DNA of 45,213 bases, taken from the UHGV virus genome UHGV-0383844, one strand, 5' to 3'. This DNA comes from a virus. Both the position numbers and the translations under genes were made by a program. This document shows, piece after piece, positions 1-9,183 of this stretch. The first letter of the stretch is position 1. Each line of letters starts with the position of its first letter. The notes under the pieces were generated by a model. It was not told where the DNA came from. It ran no database searches and was given only the letters and a program-made list of their open reading frames with translations.

Positions 1-2262
1 CATAAAAAGTCCATGCACTACTGGAATGATGAGCTACACGAATACTTACAGGGTACGGCGAATACTTACACTTTTACGGTAAATGCAAAGCATCCAGACG
101 CACAGCATATTACAGCCGGGAATAAGGTAGCGTTTACTTATAAAGGTAAATCTTACTACTTAAACATTGTAAATACAGACCAAACAGAGCAGACGATCAC
201 GGCAACGGCATGGTCGCTGTCGTTTGAGTTAATCAACGAGGATGCCGGCGAATATAAAGCGGAAAAAGCTATGAGCTTTGCAGAGTACCTTACCGTATTT
301 GATGCGGAGAGAACGCTAAAATTGGGGCTTAACGAGGTATCAGACAAGCGGATCACAAACGAGTGGACGGGTACAACATCCGTACTAAAAAGGCTGTTTT
401 CCTTGGCAACTGTCTTTTCGGCGGAGATCGAGTTTGAAACGGTTTTAAATAAGGACTACTCCTTAAAAGAGATCGTCATAAACGTGTACCGGGAACACAG
501 TGACACAGACAGCGGAGTCGGAGAATACCGGAATGACATTGTACTGCGGTACGGGAAAGGAATTACCGGAATTCGAAAAACCACAGATGCCGAGAAGCTT
601 TACACCTGTATCCAGCCGACCGGGAAAGACGGGCTGACGATCAATGGACTGGACAAAAAAGAATACGATGAGAACGGGAATATCGAGTACTTTACAGACG
701 GCGCAATCATCCGGGCACCACAGGCAAGGGACCGGTTCCCATCCAATATCGTAAATAAGGCTGATGCTTATATCCTGATGCGAAAAGAGTACGATACAGA
801 CAGCAAGGACAAGCTCTATAGCATGGCTCTGACTGATCTTAAAACAGCATCCGAACCAGTAGTGACCTACGAGGTGGACGGGTACTTCGATACCAATATC
901 GGGGACACCGTAAGGATACAGGATCAGGAGTGGACACCAGTGCTTTATCTACAGGCGAGAGTGTCCGAACAGGTGCGCAGTCTTACCAATCCAAAAACAG
1001 CAAAGACGGTATTTACAAACTACAAAGAGCTGATGTCCGAAATATCCGGCGATCTCATTAAGAGGATGGAGGACTTGATCTTAAAAAATAAAGTCTACAC
1101 CTGTTCGATCTCTACAAACAATGGTGTTATCTTCAAAAACGGGATTGGCAGCACAACTCTTACCGCCTATGCCTACAACAACGGCACAGACGTGTCAAGC
1201 AACCTGCAGTTCCGGTGGAGTAAAGACGGGCAGGAGTTTTACGCAGGCCGCAGCGTGACGGTTAATGCAGAAGATGTAGACGCCAAGGCGGTGTATTCTT
1301 TCGTAGCAACTGAAAATGGAATCCGGCGTGGGTATTACGAGGTTACGATTGCAGATGTAATGGATGGAGAACAGGGTTCGCAAGGTGAGAAAGGAGAGCA
1401 AGGCGAACAGGGACCTCCGGGTCCACAAGGCGCTCCGGGATTGGATGGTATGCAGGGTCCAAAAGGGGATCAGGGAATCCCGGGAAAAGATGGGAAGGAC
1501 GGAAAAACACAGTACACCCACATCGCCTATGCGAACAGCGCAGACGGTAGGACAGATTTTTCCGTGTCCGACAGTAATCGGGAATATATGGGGCAGTATG
1601 TTGATTTTATTGAAGCGCTGAGTACGGATCCATCGAAATATTCGTGGAGTAAGATTCGTGGAGACGATGGAACTATTGAAAGTGATACAGAGCCAAGTGA
1701 TAAGACGAAGCTTTGGCTCGATACATCGGTTTCCCCGCCGCTTTTAAAGAGATGGAATGGTCAATATTGGGAAGTGGTCAATGATTTTACCGGAGATATC
1801 CAGGAATTGCAAAAAGAAGTGACAGAGACCATCAGCAGAGAAACCGACAAGATCAAGATGGAAGTTGCAGACAGGTATTACACCAAAGAAGATGGAGAAG
1901 ATCTGAAAGCAGAGATCAGCACATCTTTGGAGCAAACCAACAACCAGTTTGAATTTTTATTCAATAAAGTGAATGAGGATTTAATCAATGGCCAGAACAG
2001 CACCAATGAGAACTTTCAGAAAATCCAGAAATACATCCGGTTTATTGATGGGGATATCGTTCTGGGGGAAGTGGGAAATGAACTGACGCTGCGGATTCAG
2101 AACAATCGTATTTCGTTTTTGCAGAATAATTCGGAAGTGGCGTACTTTTCGAATAGGAAGATGCATGTTACAGATGGGGATTATGCAAACTCACTTGCAA
2201 TTGGAAATTTTGCATTTTTGCCAAGTGCAAACGGTAGTTTGTCATTCAAAAAGATAAGGTAG
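1..2262 (+). CDS. Tail-associated lysin / tail tip protein (Tal), 3' portion; 5' end lies at 45148..45213 across the window junction
   Basis: ORF 13..2262 is open in frame back to nt 1 (cat aaa aag tcc atg); N-terminal region resembles prophage tail endopeptidase (Tal) family; internal collagen-like Gly-X-Y block; C-terminal [12 protein letters not shown]...[11 protein letters not shown] motif typical of streptococcal/lactococcal phage antireceptor proteins. Confidence 0.75.
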   Translation, partial: HKKSMHYWNDELHEYLQGTANTYTFTVNAKHPDAQHITAGNKVAFTYKGKSYYLNIVNTDQTEQTITATAWSLSFELINEDAGEYKAEKAMSFAEYLTVFDAERTLKLGLNEVSDKRITNEWTGTTSVLKRLFSLATVFSAEIEFETVLNKDYSLKEIVINVYREHSDTDSGVGEYRNDIVLRYGKGITGIRKTTDAEKLYTCIQPTGKDGLTINGLDKKEYDENGNIEYFTDGAIIRAPQARDRFPSNIVNKADAYILMRKEYDTDSKDKLYSMALTDLKTASEPVVTYEVDGYFDTNIGDTVRIQDQEWTPVLYLQARVSEQVRSLTNPKTAKTVFTNYKELMSEISGDLIKRMEDLILKNKVYTCSISTNNGVIFKNGIGSTTLTAYAYNNGTDVSSNLQFRWSKDGQEFYAGRSVTVNAEDVDAKAVYSFVATENGIRRGYYEVTIADVMDGEQGSQGEKGEQGEQGPPGPQGAPGLDGMQGPKGDQGIPGKDGKDGKTQYTHIAYANSADGRTDFSVSDSNREYMGQYVDFIEALSTDPSKYSWSKIRGDDGTIESDTEPSDKTKLWLDTSVSPPLLKRWNGQYWEVVNDFTGDIQELQKEVTETISRETDKIKMEVADRYYTKEDGEDLKAEISTSLEQTNNQFEFLFNKVNEDLINGQNSTNENFQKIQKYIRFIDGDIVLGEVGNELTLRIQNNRISFLQNNSEVAYFSNRKMHVTDGDYANSLAIGNFAFLPSANGSLSFKKIR
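1366..1506 (+). repeat. Collagen-like Gly-X-Y triplet repeat block inside Tal ([47 protein letters not shown])
   Basis: uninterrupted G-X-Y periodicity read from translation. Confidence 0.8.
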
Positions 2263-2269
2263 GTGGAAT

Positions 2270-4099
2270 ATGGCAACAAGTGCGGAAATGGGGACAAGTA
2301 ATCCCCGTGTAAAATATACGATTACAATCACGGAAAATAGTACAAATGCGGCGGCGAATACATCGAATGTTACAGTAAGCGCCAGAGCTTACAGAACGAA
2401 TACTGGATATGAAACATACGGAACAGGTACATTTTATTGCACCATAGATGGAAAGTCTTATACAGCGCCTATTTCGCCGAACCAAAAGATTACAAATGCT
2501 GGTATTATCCTGTTTTCGAAAACATTGGACATTCAGCACAATTCGGATGGTTCAAAGCATCTGGAAACAAAAAGCAGGATCAACATTGATACTGTATTGT
2601 ATAGTCAGGAATGGGGATTTGGAGCACCTCTAACTACGCTACCACGCGCAACCACTCCGTTACTATCTCCGGATACACAGGAACTTGGGGGCAGGATTGA
2701 TATTTCGCTTCCGAGAGCGTCCAATTCTTTTACTCATAGCGTCCGCTATACGTTCGGGAGCGCGTCAGGGATTATCGCAAATAACGCGGAAACTTCTGCA
2801 TACTTTGTACTGCCGACATCTTTGGCATCCCAATTTCCAAACAGTAATTCCGGATGGGGAGAAGTGATTGTAGACACCTACAATAACGGGAGTTTTGTGG
2901 GTACGGCCAAAGCACGATTTACAGCCATGCTTCCAGGAACTCTAAGGCCGATTGTGAACCGCGTGACGGTGAGGGATTCAGATGACAGTATCCAATCTAC
3001 GTTTGGCGCTCCGATCCAGAATCGTTCCAGGCTACGGGTGGAAATTGAAGCATCCGGACAGCAGGGAAGTGCAATCCAGTCGATCACAAGTGTGTTAGAT
3101 GGATTGTCATATACAGGAAATTCTTTCGAGTCTGCTGTGGTCACCAAGAGCGGGGAGATACCGCTTGAGATCACCGTAACGGATTCTAGAGGACAAATTA
3201 CAACATATACAGAGCGCGTGACAGTTTTTCCCTACGAACCGCCGAAGATCGTGACGTTTTCAGTGGTCCGTGGAAACCAGTACGGACAGGAGGATGAAAG
3301 TGGTACGCATGCGCTGGTAAATCTGAATTACGTGATATCGGAACTAAACCGAAAAAATGCAAAGACCTGTAAAATTGAGTATAAGAGGAATACGGACCAG
3401 AGTTGGAGTGTTCTTGCTACGAAAAATGAGTATTCCTATAGTGGAAAATTCAGCGCGGGGGATGTTCTGGATGCAGAATACTATTATTCCTTCCGGTTGA
3501 CACTTACGGATTATTTTGGAAGTGTGATATCGGACGGGAATGGAGTATCTGATGATTTTACTCTTGTGAACTGGAATACATCAGGAAAAGGGATAGCCGT
3601 CGGTAAGGTATCTGAAAAAGATGCGCTTGAAATCGCAATGGAGACAGAAATTACAAAAGATGTCACATTTAAAGAGGGGGCATCGCTACATATCGATTCT
3701 ATCGTTTCTGACGGAAATAATCTGATAGAGGCACTAAAGAACTTATCTGCTGCAAAAGAATACGATTCCGGTACCGTGAAAGGCCCATATACAAGCACAA
3801 ACTCGGCAAATAACATCCGTGTGGAATTAAAAAGAAGAGGATGTCTGGTTGCATGCAAAATCACAATGCTTGCGCAGTTTTCGAAGAGCGGAAGTTTCGG
3901 AGCGTTTGATGAGGTGCGAATCCCTATTGGGTATCGCCCGGTGCTCGACATCAGAACACCTTACAACGAGGTGTCCGGCTCCTCGATCTTTGGAACCGGT
4001 CGATATCTAATTGGCAAAGACGGTGGAATTACAATCTATGTCAATAATCCAAGTTGGACAGAGCGACATTTGTCTATCACATGGATTACGGATGACTAA
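2270..4099 (+). CDS. Tail fiber / receptor-binding protein candidate (609 aa)
   Basis: position immediately after Dit-Tal; N-terminus (KYTITITENSTNAAANTSNVTVSARAY) resembles siphovirus tail proteins; RBS ggtggaatATG. Confidence 0.55.
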   Translation: MATSAEMGTSNPRVKYTITITENSTNAAANTSNVTVSARAYRTNTGYETYGTGTFYCTIDGKSYTAPISPNQKITNAGIILFSKTLDIQHNSDGSKHLETKSRINIDTVLYSQEWGFGAPLTTLPRATTPLLSPDTQELGGRIDISLPRASNSFTHSVRYTFGSASGIIANNAETSAYFVLPTSLASQFPNSNSGWGEVIVDTYNNGSFVGTAKARFTAMLPGTLRPIVNRVTVRDSDDSIQSTFGAPIQNRSRLRVEIEASGQQGSAIQSITSVLDGLSYTGNSFESAVVTKSGEIPLEITVTDSRGQITTYTERVTVFPYEPPKIVTFSVVRGNQYGQEDESGTHALVNLNYVISELNRKNAKTCKIEYKRNTDQSWSVLATKNEYSYSGKFSAGDVLDAEYYYSFRLTLTDYFGSVISDGNGVSDDFTLVNWNTSGKGIAVGKVSEKDALEIAMETEITKDVTFKEGASLHIDSIVSDGNNLIEALKNLSAAKEYDSGTVKGPYTSTNSANNIRVELKRRGCLVACKITMLAQFSKSGSFGAFDEVRIPIGYRPVLDIRTPYNEVSGSSIFGTGRYLIGKDGGITIYVNNPSWTERHLSITWITDD

Positions 4100-4121
4100 A
4101 GGAGCGAATATGGAGATCAGA

Positions 4122-4148
4122 GCAAGACCATGATGGTCTTATTTTTAT
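4122..4148 (+). terminator. Hairpin (aagacca-tg-atggtctt) followed by atttttatac between RBP and holin
   Basis: inverted repeat plus T-run seen directly. Confidence 0.4.
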
Positions 4149-4176
4149 ACTTAAAACCAGAAAGGAAAGTGAGGAT

Positions 4177-4629
4177 ATGAAGAAAATGGAACAGTTAGCA
4201 AATGTAAAAGCGTTTTTATGCATGGTATTCGGAGCTATTGCAGGAGGTTTCGTAAACCTGATCGGAGGATGGTCCGAGGACTTGACTACATTACTTATTT
4301 TTATGGGAGTAGACTTTGTTCTCGGACTTCTGATTGCCGCCTTTTGGAAAAAGAGCAACAAATCAGAGAACGGGGCACTGAGCAGCTACTCTGCATGGAA
4401 AGGTCTGTGCAGAAAAGGGGTATCCCTACTGATCGTACTTATTGCATATCGGCTGGATGTTACTCTCGGCGTAGACTACATCCGTACAGCCGTGGTACTG
4501 GCATTTATAGCAAATGAGGGTATCTCGATTTTGGAAAATGTTGGAATTATGGGCGTGAAATATCCGGAAGCGTTAAAAAAAGCACTGGATGTTTTAACAA
4601 ATAAATCACAGGAGCAGGAGGGCGAGTAA
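4177..4629 (+). CDS. Holin (phage_holin_4_1-like; multiple TM segments, charged C-terminus)
   Basis: hydrophobic segments AFLCMVFGAIAGGFVNLIGGW, LLIFMGVDFVLGLLIAAFW, VSLLIVLIAY; position directly upstream of endolysin. Confidence 0.8.
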   Translation: MKKMEQLANVKAFLCMVFGAIAGGFVNLIGGWSEDLTTLLIFMGVDFVLGLLIAAFWKKSNKSENGALSSYSAWKGLCRKGVSLLIVLIAYRLDVTLGVDYIRTAVVLAFIANEGISILENVGIMGVKYPEALKKALDVLTNKSQEQEGE

Positions 4630-4666
4630 TCGTCCTTTTTTTATTGTGCGGAAAGGTGGTGAGAAC

Positions 4667-4756
4667 ATGAGCGAACAGAACGAATTCGGAAGAACAACAG
4701 CGGAAGAACTGGAAAAAGCATTTGAAACGGAAGAACAGGAGGAAGAGAAAGAATGA
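4667..4756 (+). CDS. Small acidic ORF (29 aa, MSEQNEFGRTTAEELEKAFETEEQEEEKE) overlapping endolysin start (ATGA)
   Basis: RBS aaaggtggtgagaacATG; may simply be the endolysin leader. Confidence 0.25.
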   Translation: MSEQNEFGRTTAEELEKAFETEEQEEEKE

Positions 4757-5559
4757 AAATTGGCTTAAGGGGAGGGCATTCCACAAATTGTAAAGGCGCG
4801 ATCGGTCTGATCGATGAGCAGGTAGAAGTACGGAAGATCTACAATGAGCTTGCGCCAATGCTACAGGCAGTCGGTCATACTGTGATTGATTGCAATTCCA
4901 ACGCATCCAATGTGTCCGGTGAGCTGGCAGACGGCACAAATAAGGCGAATAGTGTGGGGTGTGATATCTATGTCACCTTGCACATGAATGCAGCAGGAAC
5001 TGCGTCAGCGGGCGGTACAGAGGTGTGGTTATATGATGCATCCAATCCGACTATGAACACGATCGCAAGCAACATCTGCAAGAATTTTGCAGGAAAAGGG
5101 TTTGTGAATCGTGGAGTGAAATACAGTTCCGGCTATCACGATCTGAACGCATCGGACATGCCGGCTATGATCGTGGAGACATTATTTTGCACCGGAACAG
5201 ACGATGTGGCCAGATACAGGAGCTTAGGAGCGAGAGGGATTGCAGAGTTGATCGCAAAGGCGATCGACAGTAGAGCGTCTGCATGCAGCGAACAAAAAAA
5301 TAACCAGAATACAGGAATCGAACAGGAAGGAGAAGAAGAGATGAAATGTTTATTTACAGTAGAGGGAAAAGGTGCAGTGTATTATTTTGACGGTCAAAAA
5401 GTAATAACATTGGGTCATCCAGACGAATTAAAAATCATCCAGCAGATTTACAAGGACAACAATGGTAAGGACATGCCGTGTTACAAGTGGAGTCCTAAAG
5501 CGCCATGGTATGCAAGGCTCATGTCGGTAATTTACAGTAAAGAGACCACATCTATTTAA
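4753..5559 (+). CDS. Endolysin, N-acetylmuramoyl-L-alanine amidase (Amidase_3 / MurNAc-LAA) with unrecognised C-terminal binding domain
   Basis: MKIGLRGGHSTNCKGAIGLIDEQVEVRKIYNEL... matches Amidase_3 N-terminus; RBS ggaggaagagaaagaATG; follows holin. Confidence 0.9.
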   Translation: MKIGLRGGHSTNCKGAIGLIDEQVEVRKIYNELAPMLQAVGHTVIDCNSNASNVSGELADGTNKANSVGCDIYVTLHMNAAGTASAGGTEVWLYDASNPTMNTIASNICKNFAGKGFVNRGVKYSSGYHDLNASDMPAMIVETLFCTGTDDVARYRSLGARGIAELIAKAIDSRASACSEQKNNQNTGIEQEGEEEMKCLFTVEGKGAVYYFDGQKVITLGHPDELKIIQQIYKDNNGKDMPCYKWSPKAPWYARLMSVIYSKETTSI

Positions 5560-5566
5560 TAAAAAT

Positions 5567-5593
5567 CCCCTCGGAGATCAGCTCTCTGAGGGG
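5567..5593. terminator. 10-bp stem hairpin (cccctcggag...ctctgagggg); the T-run is on the minus-strand side
   Basis: inverted repeat seen directly; flanked by taataaaaat upstream on +. Confidence 0.35.
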
Positions 5594-5858
5594 AAATCCT
5601 TACAATTATTAGATAAATTCTCTGGATGCGTTTACATATCCAGATAAATGTGGTATTGTAAAGATGTCCAATACAGATGATGCTCTGTATTGCGGAAACT
5701 GGGCAAATCACAGTTTCACGGATTGAAATATTAGTAGTAACTTTAATACGAGATATTAAAGTTGCCGCACCTAATGGATGCTTTGGTGTGCGGTTCTGCC
5801 AGCAATTCCGGCGGACGCGGATTGAAATATTAACAGTATATTTAAAGCCAAAAGATAG

Positions 5859-5892
5859 GGATAAGCATTAAGCTTATCCTTTTATCTTGCAT
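5859..5892. terminator. Bidirectional intrinsic terminator (ggataagc-atta-gcttatcc) with U-runs on both strands, abutting the stop of the HTH gene
   Basis: perfect 8-bp inverted repeat; ttttatcttgcattttt on +, ctatcttttggcttt on -. Confidence 0.55.
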
Positions 5893-6370
5893 TTTTACCA
5901 GAGCTATAACAGTCATAAAAGCTATCTACAAGCATTGCAAGATCATCTGGTGTTAATTTGTCAAACAGTGTTTCCGGGATCCATTTATAGCTTTCATAAA
6001 AAGTACTTTCAAATTCTCCGATCTTACTTAGCTTTTTAATTTTCTGGTATTTGTCCATTCTTAAAAGATCATGTAAGTCCATTTCTCCATCTTTTATGGC
6101 TTTCTTCGCTTCGTTTGTAAAAATATTCAAGTCCAACTCCGACAATTCCCTAACATCGCATTCCAGTGCATCTGCTAGTGCGATTGCATTTCTAAGCATC
6201 ATTTTGCTTGTATCGTACTCTCCATACTCGTACTTTTGTATCTGCCGCAGGTTGATTCCAGATTTTTCTGCCAATTCTTTTTGCGTCATATTCATAAATT
6301 TTCTGAGTTCTTTTAATTCTGCCATGATTTTCTCCATTTCTCCCCGTAGCCGATAGGTCAGCATATGCAT
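5882..6370 (-). CDS. XRE-family HTH protein with ~90-aa C-terminal domain (Aca/AcrIIA1-like architecture); probable true start at 6325 (MAELKEL)
   Basis: MTQKELAEKSGINLRQIQKYEYGEYDTSKMMLRNAIALADALECDVRELSEL = HTH_XRE; SD ggagaaaatcATG before 6325; last gene of a translationally coupled 3-gene operon. Confidence 0.7.
   Translation of the reverse strand: MHMLTYRLRGEMEKIMAELKELRKFMNMTQKELAEKSGINLRQIQKYEYGEYDTSKMMLRNAIALADALECDVRELSELDLNIFTNEAKKAIKDGEMDLHDLLRMDKYQKIKKLSKIGEFESTFYESYKWIPETLFDKLTPDDLAMLVDSFYDCYSSGKNAR
6337..6362. repeat. 26-bp element gctgacctatcggctacggggagaaa (minus-strand orientation), exact inverted copy of 10791..10816
   Basis: exact match seen directly; sits 12 nt upstream of the HTH gene start. 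Confidence 0.9.
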
Positions 6371-6558
6371 TATATATGTCTCACGGTGATATTTTTTTCA
6401 ATTACTGGATAGTTGTCGATATTTGTTACTTCAACGACTTCATATTCATTGTAATCTTCCCACCCTAAAGTCAATTCTTTTCCGCTTTCATCAAAAAAGT
6501 TCTCCGGTCTCATTTCATCAAAAAAAGTTCTTTCCATGTAATTTCTTAAATTTTCCAT
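6370..6558 (-). CDS. Small very acidic hypothetical protein (62 aa)
   Basis: ORF with TAATG coupling to downstream HTH gene; E/D-rich composition. Confidence 0.5.
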   Translation of the reverse strand: MENLRNYMERTFFDEMRPENFFDESGKELTLGWEDYNEYEVVEVTNIDNYPVIEKNITVRHI

Positions 6559-6583
6559 TGTATTCTCTCCTTCCTATAATTCA

Positions 6584-7009
6584 TTATTTTCCGTAAACTT
6601 CGCTTAAAATTCTGTTACACATTGTGTTGTATCCGTGTCTAACATTAAAAAAGAGTTTCTGGTAGTATTTCTGGTATGTTGTTTCGTTGATTCCTTTCAG
6701 CAGATCAATTACAAGTCCGGCATTAGATTCGGAAATGATTCTGTTGTATCCCTCCTTGCAAGACTCCCACATGCTTACATTTTCCGGAAATCCTGCTTTG
6801 CAGTCTGCGATCAGTGCATCAAACTGCTCGTTCATTTTTTTGATCAGATCGTTTGCGAAGTTGATCTGTTTCTCTGTTCCTGTCATTTTTGTTCCACCTT
6901 TCTTTGCTTCATTCCACGCTTTCTTCAACGCTTCGGAGATTCCGAATCCTGCTTTTTTAACCAGTTCCCATGCTCTTCTCATAATTTTTGATAAGTTGTA
7001 TTTTTTCAT
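6584..7009 (-). CDS. Hypothetical protein (141 aa), first gene of accessory operon
   Basis: RBS aaaggagatacgaaaATG on minus strand; no family recognised. Confidence 0.5.
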   Translation of the reverse strand: MKKYNLSKIMRRAWELVKKAGFGISEALKKAWNEAKKGGTKMTGTEKQINFANDLIKKMNEQFDALIADCKAGFPENVSMWESCKEGYNRIISESNAGLVIDLLKGINETTYQKYYQKLFFNVRHGYNTMCNRILSEVYGK

Positions 7010-7043
7010 TTTTCGTATCTCCTTTGCTTTATCTTATGGTCTT

Positions 7044-7072
7044 ATTATACGCCCTAAGAGGCGTAAAGTCAA
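7044..7072 (-). promoter_or_regulatory. Sigma-A promoter TTGACT-17-TATAAT (minus strand) driving the 3-gene operon; inverted repeat acgcc-N6-ggcgt inside the spacer
   Basis: read on reverse complement: ttgactttacgcctcttagggcgtataat, ~35 nt upstream of ATG at 7009. Confidence 0.5.
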
Positions 7073-7164
7073 TAGGAAAACGAAAACTTTTTAAAATAAT
7101 TTCAAGCCCAGCAATCCATCCACTGTGATATAATAATATGTAGTCAATGTGAGGGAGAACAATT

Positions 7165-7344
7165 ATGGAATATCAGATCTACGAATCTTACGATACGTTT
7201 TTACTATACCAAGAGTTTATGGAGATACCAGGAAATACTTTTAAATTTCGGCTGCCAGTAGGTATGACTCTGACAACCGAAATGATGCACACCTTTTTAC
7301 GGGCTGCGTATATGAGTGTTGGACGGATGGATCTGCCGTCCTGA
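7165..7344 (+). CDS. Small hypothetical ORF (59 aa)
   Basis: RBS gtgagggagaacaattATG; below the 60-aa cutoff of the ORF track. Confidence 0.25.
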   Translation: MEYQIYESYDTFLLYQEFMEIPGNTFKFRLPVGMTLTTEMMHTFLRAAYMSVGRMDLPS

Positions 7345-7470
7345 ATATTGTATCAATCTTATTTTTATCAAAAAGTTACTACTTATTTAATGTGTATTAG
7401 TTGCATCTTAGATGTGCGAAAGAATACGCTCGTAAAAGATGCAGCTAATAAATATACTCCGAAAGCACCG

Positions 7471-9003
7471 TTATTTCGGCACTTTCGGGTACACATCGAT
7501 TGTGAATTCAGAGTTTTTCTGGTTTTTCTTGTTCCGTTTCGTCTTAGTCAGAACAATCCTGTCAATCAGCTGTCTCAAGGCGCTGTTCTTTTCCGAGACA
7601 GTCAGAGAGTCCCACTCACTCAATAAATTCTTGCACTTCGGCACAAAATTTTTCCGGTTTGCCTGTCTTGCGATTGTGGTATGCAAATCTTCACGGGCAG
7701 CAGTGATGTTATTCATGCAGTCTCTGATCCGCTGCTCCAGTGCATTCGAACGCTCAATAAAAATTTCTTTTGTGTAAATTCCCTGCTCTAAAAAATCGAA
7801 TAAGGATTCCCTCTGTTTTAAAAGCGTCTGATGTTCAGTCTCAAAATTTGTGACGATCAATTCTTTTGCGGCAATAGCAGCAGTATCTTCCTCATGAGTG
7901 TCAGCAAATTCATATTTGGCTATGTAGTCTTTCAGCCACCCCAGAAGAGCTTCTTCCAGTTCATCAATCCGGATCCCGACTGTGGAGCACTCTGTATACT
8001 GACAGATCAGCATATCATAGGGCGTTTTCGTTTGCGCTTTCTTACGGACCATAAGCCGATCGCATTGTGAGCATCTGACCAGACCTGCAAATAGATTTTG
8101 TATCGGTCTGTCGTTTCTGACTGGAGCAGAAAAACATCCTTTTGGTTGGTTCGCGCGTTTAAATAAGTCTGGGCTGATCCGTGGCGCCCATGCCGCATCT
8201 GATAGGATGTAATCTGTGGCTTTTGGACGGGACTTTACTACACGCCCATCTTTTACAGCCCTGACAGTCTTACGATGCCCCCAGCGGACTTTACCGATGT
8301 TTGCTGGATTTGAGATAATCCCTTTTAAAGTAGAGGGCGTAAAAGGTTTGCCACTCCTTGCAAGGATTCCCATATTGGACATATAGGTACAGGCTTTCTG
8401 GTATCCGTACTGCTTATTTCCGCACAGATCATACATTAGATCAAGGACAGGTGCTTCTGTCTGATGTGGGGCGAGAGAGTAGTGTTTTCCATCCGGCGCA
8501 ATGACGCGCTCCCATCCATAAGGGGCAACATTGCCAACGTAATAACCGTCAGAACTGGAACGTTCCCTGCCACGCTGCATTCGGCGCTTGATTGTGGCGT
8601 ACTCCCGGCGGCTCATAAATAAACTGAACTCAAAGTACTCATTATCATACTCATTTGCAGGATCGTAGGTTTTATTCGGTGTTACAATCCGGGTGTTGGA
8701 ATAAAAAAATGCACGCTGCACACGCCCCTGATCGATCGTATCACCTCTGGCCAGACGATCTACGTCCATTACGAGGGCACCATCCCACATACAGGCTTCT
8801 ACCTCAGAGAGGACTTGCGTCATGACTGGGCGGGCATCGATACTGTCTCCGGACACAACTTCCCGGTAAATCGCACCGATCGGAAGAGAGAGAGCCTTTG
8901 CCAACTCTAACAGGGTAGTAATGTGGCGTTCCAGAACATCAATCCCTAGCGCTTCCAGTTCGGCGTCTTTTCTGGATTTTCTGGCGTAGATAAAATAAGA
9001 CAT
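7471..9003 (-). CDS. int: Large serine recombinase (phage integrase)
   Basis: N-terminal resolvase-type catalytic domain (YARKSRKD...), central recombinase domain, Cys-rich zinc-ribbon (CSQCDRLMVRKK...CQYTEC), C-terminal coiled coil; 510 aa. Confidence 0.9.
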   Translation of the reverse strand: MSYFIYARKSRKDAELEALGIDVLERHITTLLELAKALSLPIGAIYREVVSGDSIDARPVMTQVLSEVEACMWDGALVMDVDRLARGDTIDQGRVQRAFFYSNTRIVTPNKTYDPANEYDNEYFEFSLFMSRREYATIKRRMQRGRERSSSDGYYVGNVAPYGWERVIAPDGKHYSLAPHQTEAPVLDLMYDLCGNKQYGYQKACTYMSNMGILARSGKPFTPSTLKGIISNPANIGKVRWGHRKTVRAVKDGRVVKSRPKATDYILSDAAWAPRISPDLFKRANQPKGCFSAPVRNDRPIQNLFAGLVRCSQCDRLMVRKKAQTKTPYDMLICQYTECSTVGIRIDELEEALLGWLKDYIAKYEFADTHEEDTAAIAAKELIVTNFETEHQTLLKQRESLFDFLEQGIYTKEIFIERSNALEQRIRDCMNNITAAREDLHTTIARQANRKNFVPKCKNLLSEWDSLTVSEKNSALRQLIDRIVLTKTKRNKKNQKNSEFTIDVYPKVPK

Positions 9004-9183
9004 TGTATCACACTCCTATGTTATTGTATTTAAATTTGAGTATAAAAATAACAGCCAGCACATGAACGAATGTTCTGGATTGCAAGCTGTTTCCGAAGAT
9101 GATACAATATTCGTGGATTTCAATAGCATATCTTCGGATATGTAGACCGTCTCAGTGTTGGTAGCACTGGGGCGGTTTTTATT

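Noticed and set aside
5716-5845. Possible mini CRISPR array (two CGGATTGAAATATTA repeats)
   Set aside because: Only two copies, a repeat core of 15-27 nt and a 99-nt spacer; no cas genes; far better explained as a structured RNA or protein-binding repeat
5677-5871. ORF-track CDS (64 aa, +) across the structured intergenic block
   Set aside because: No RBS, overlaps perfect hairpins and direct repeats; composition looks non-coding
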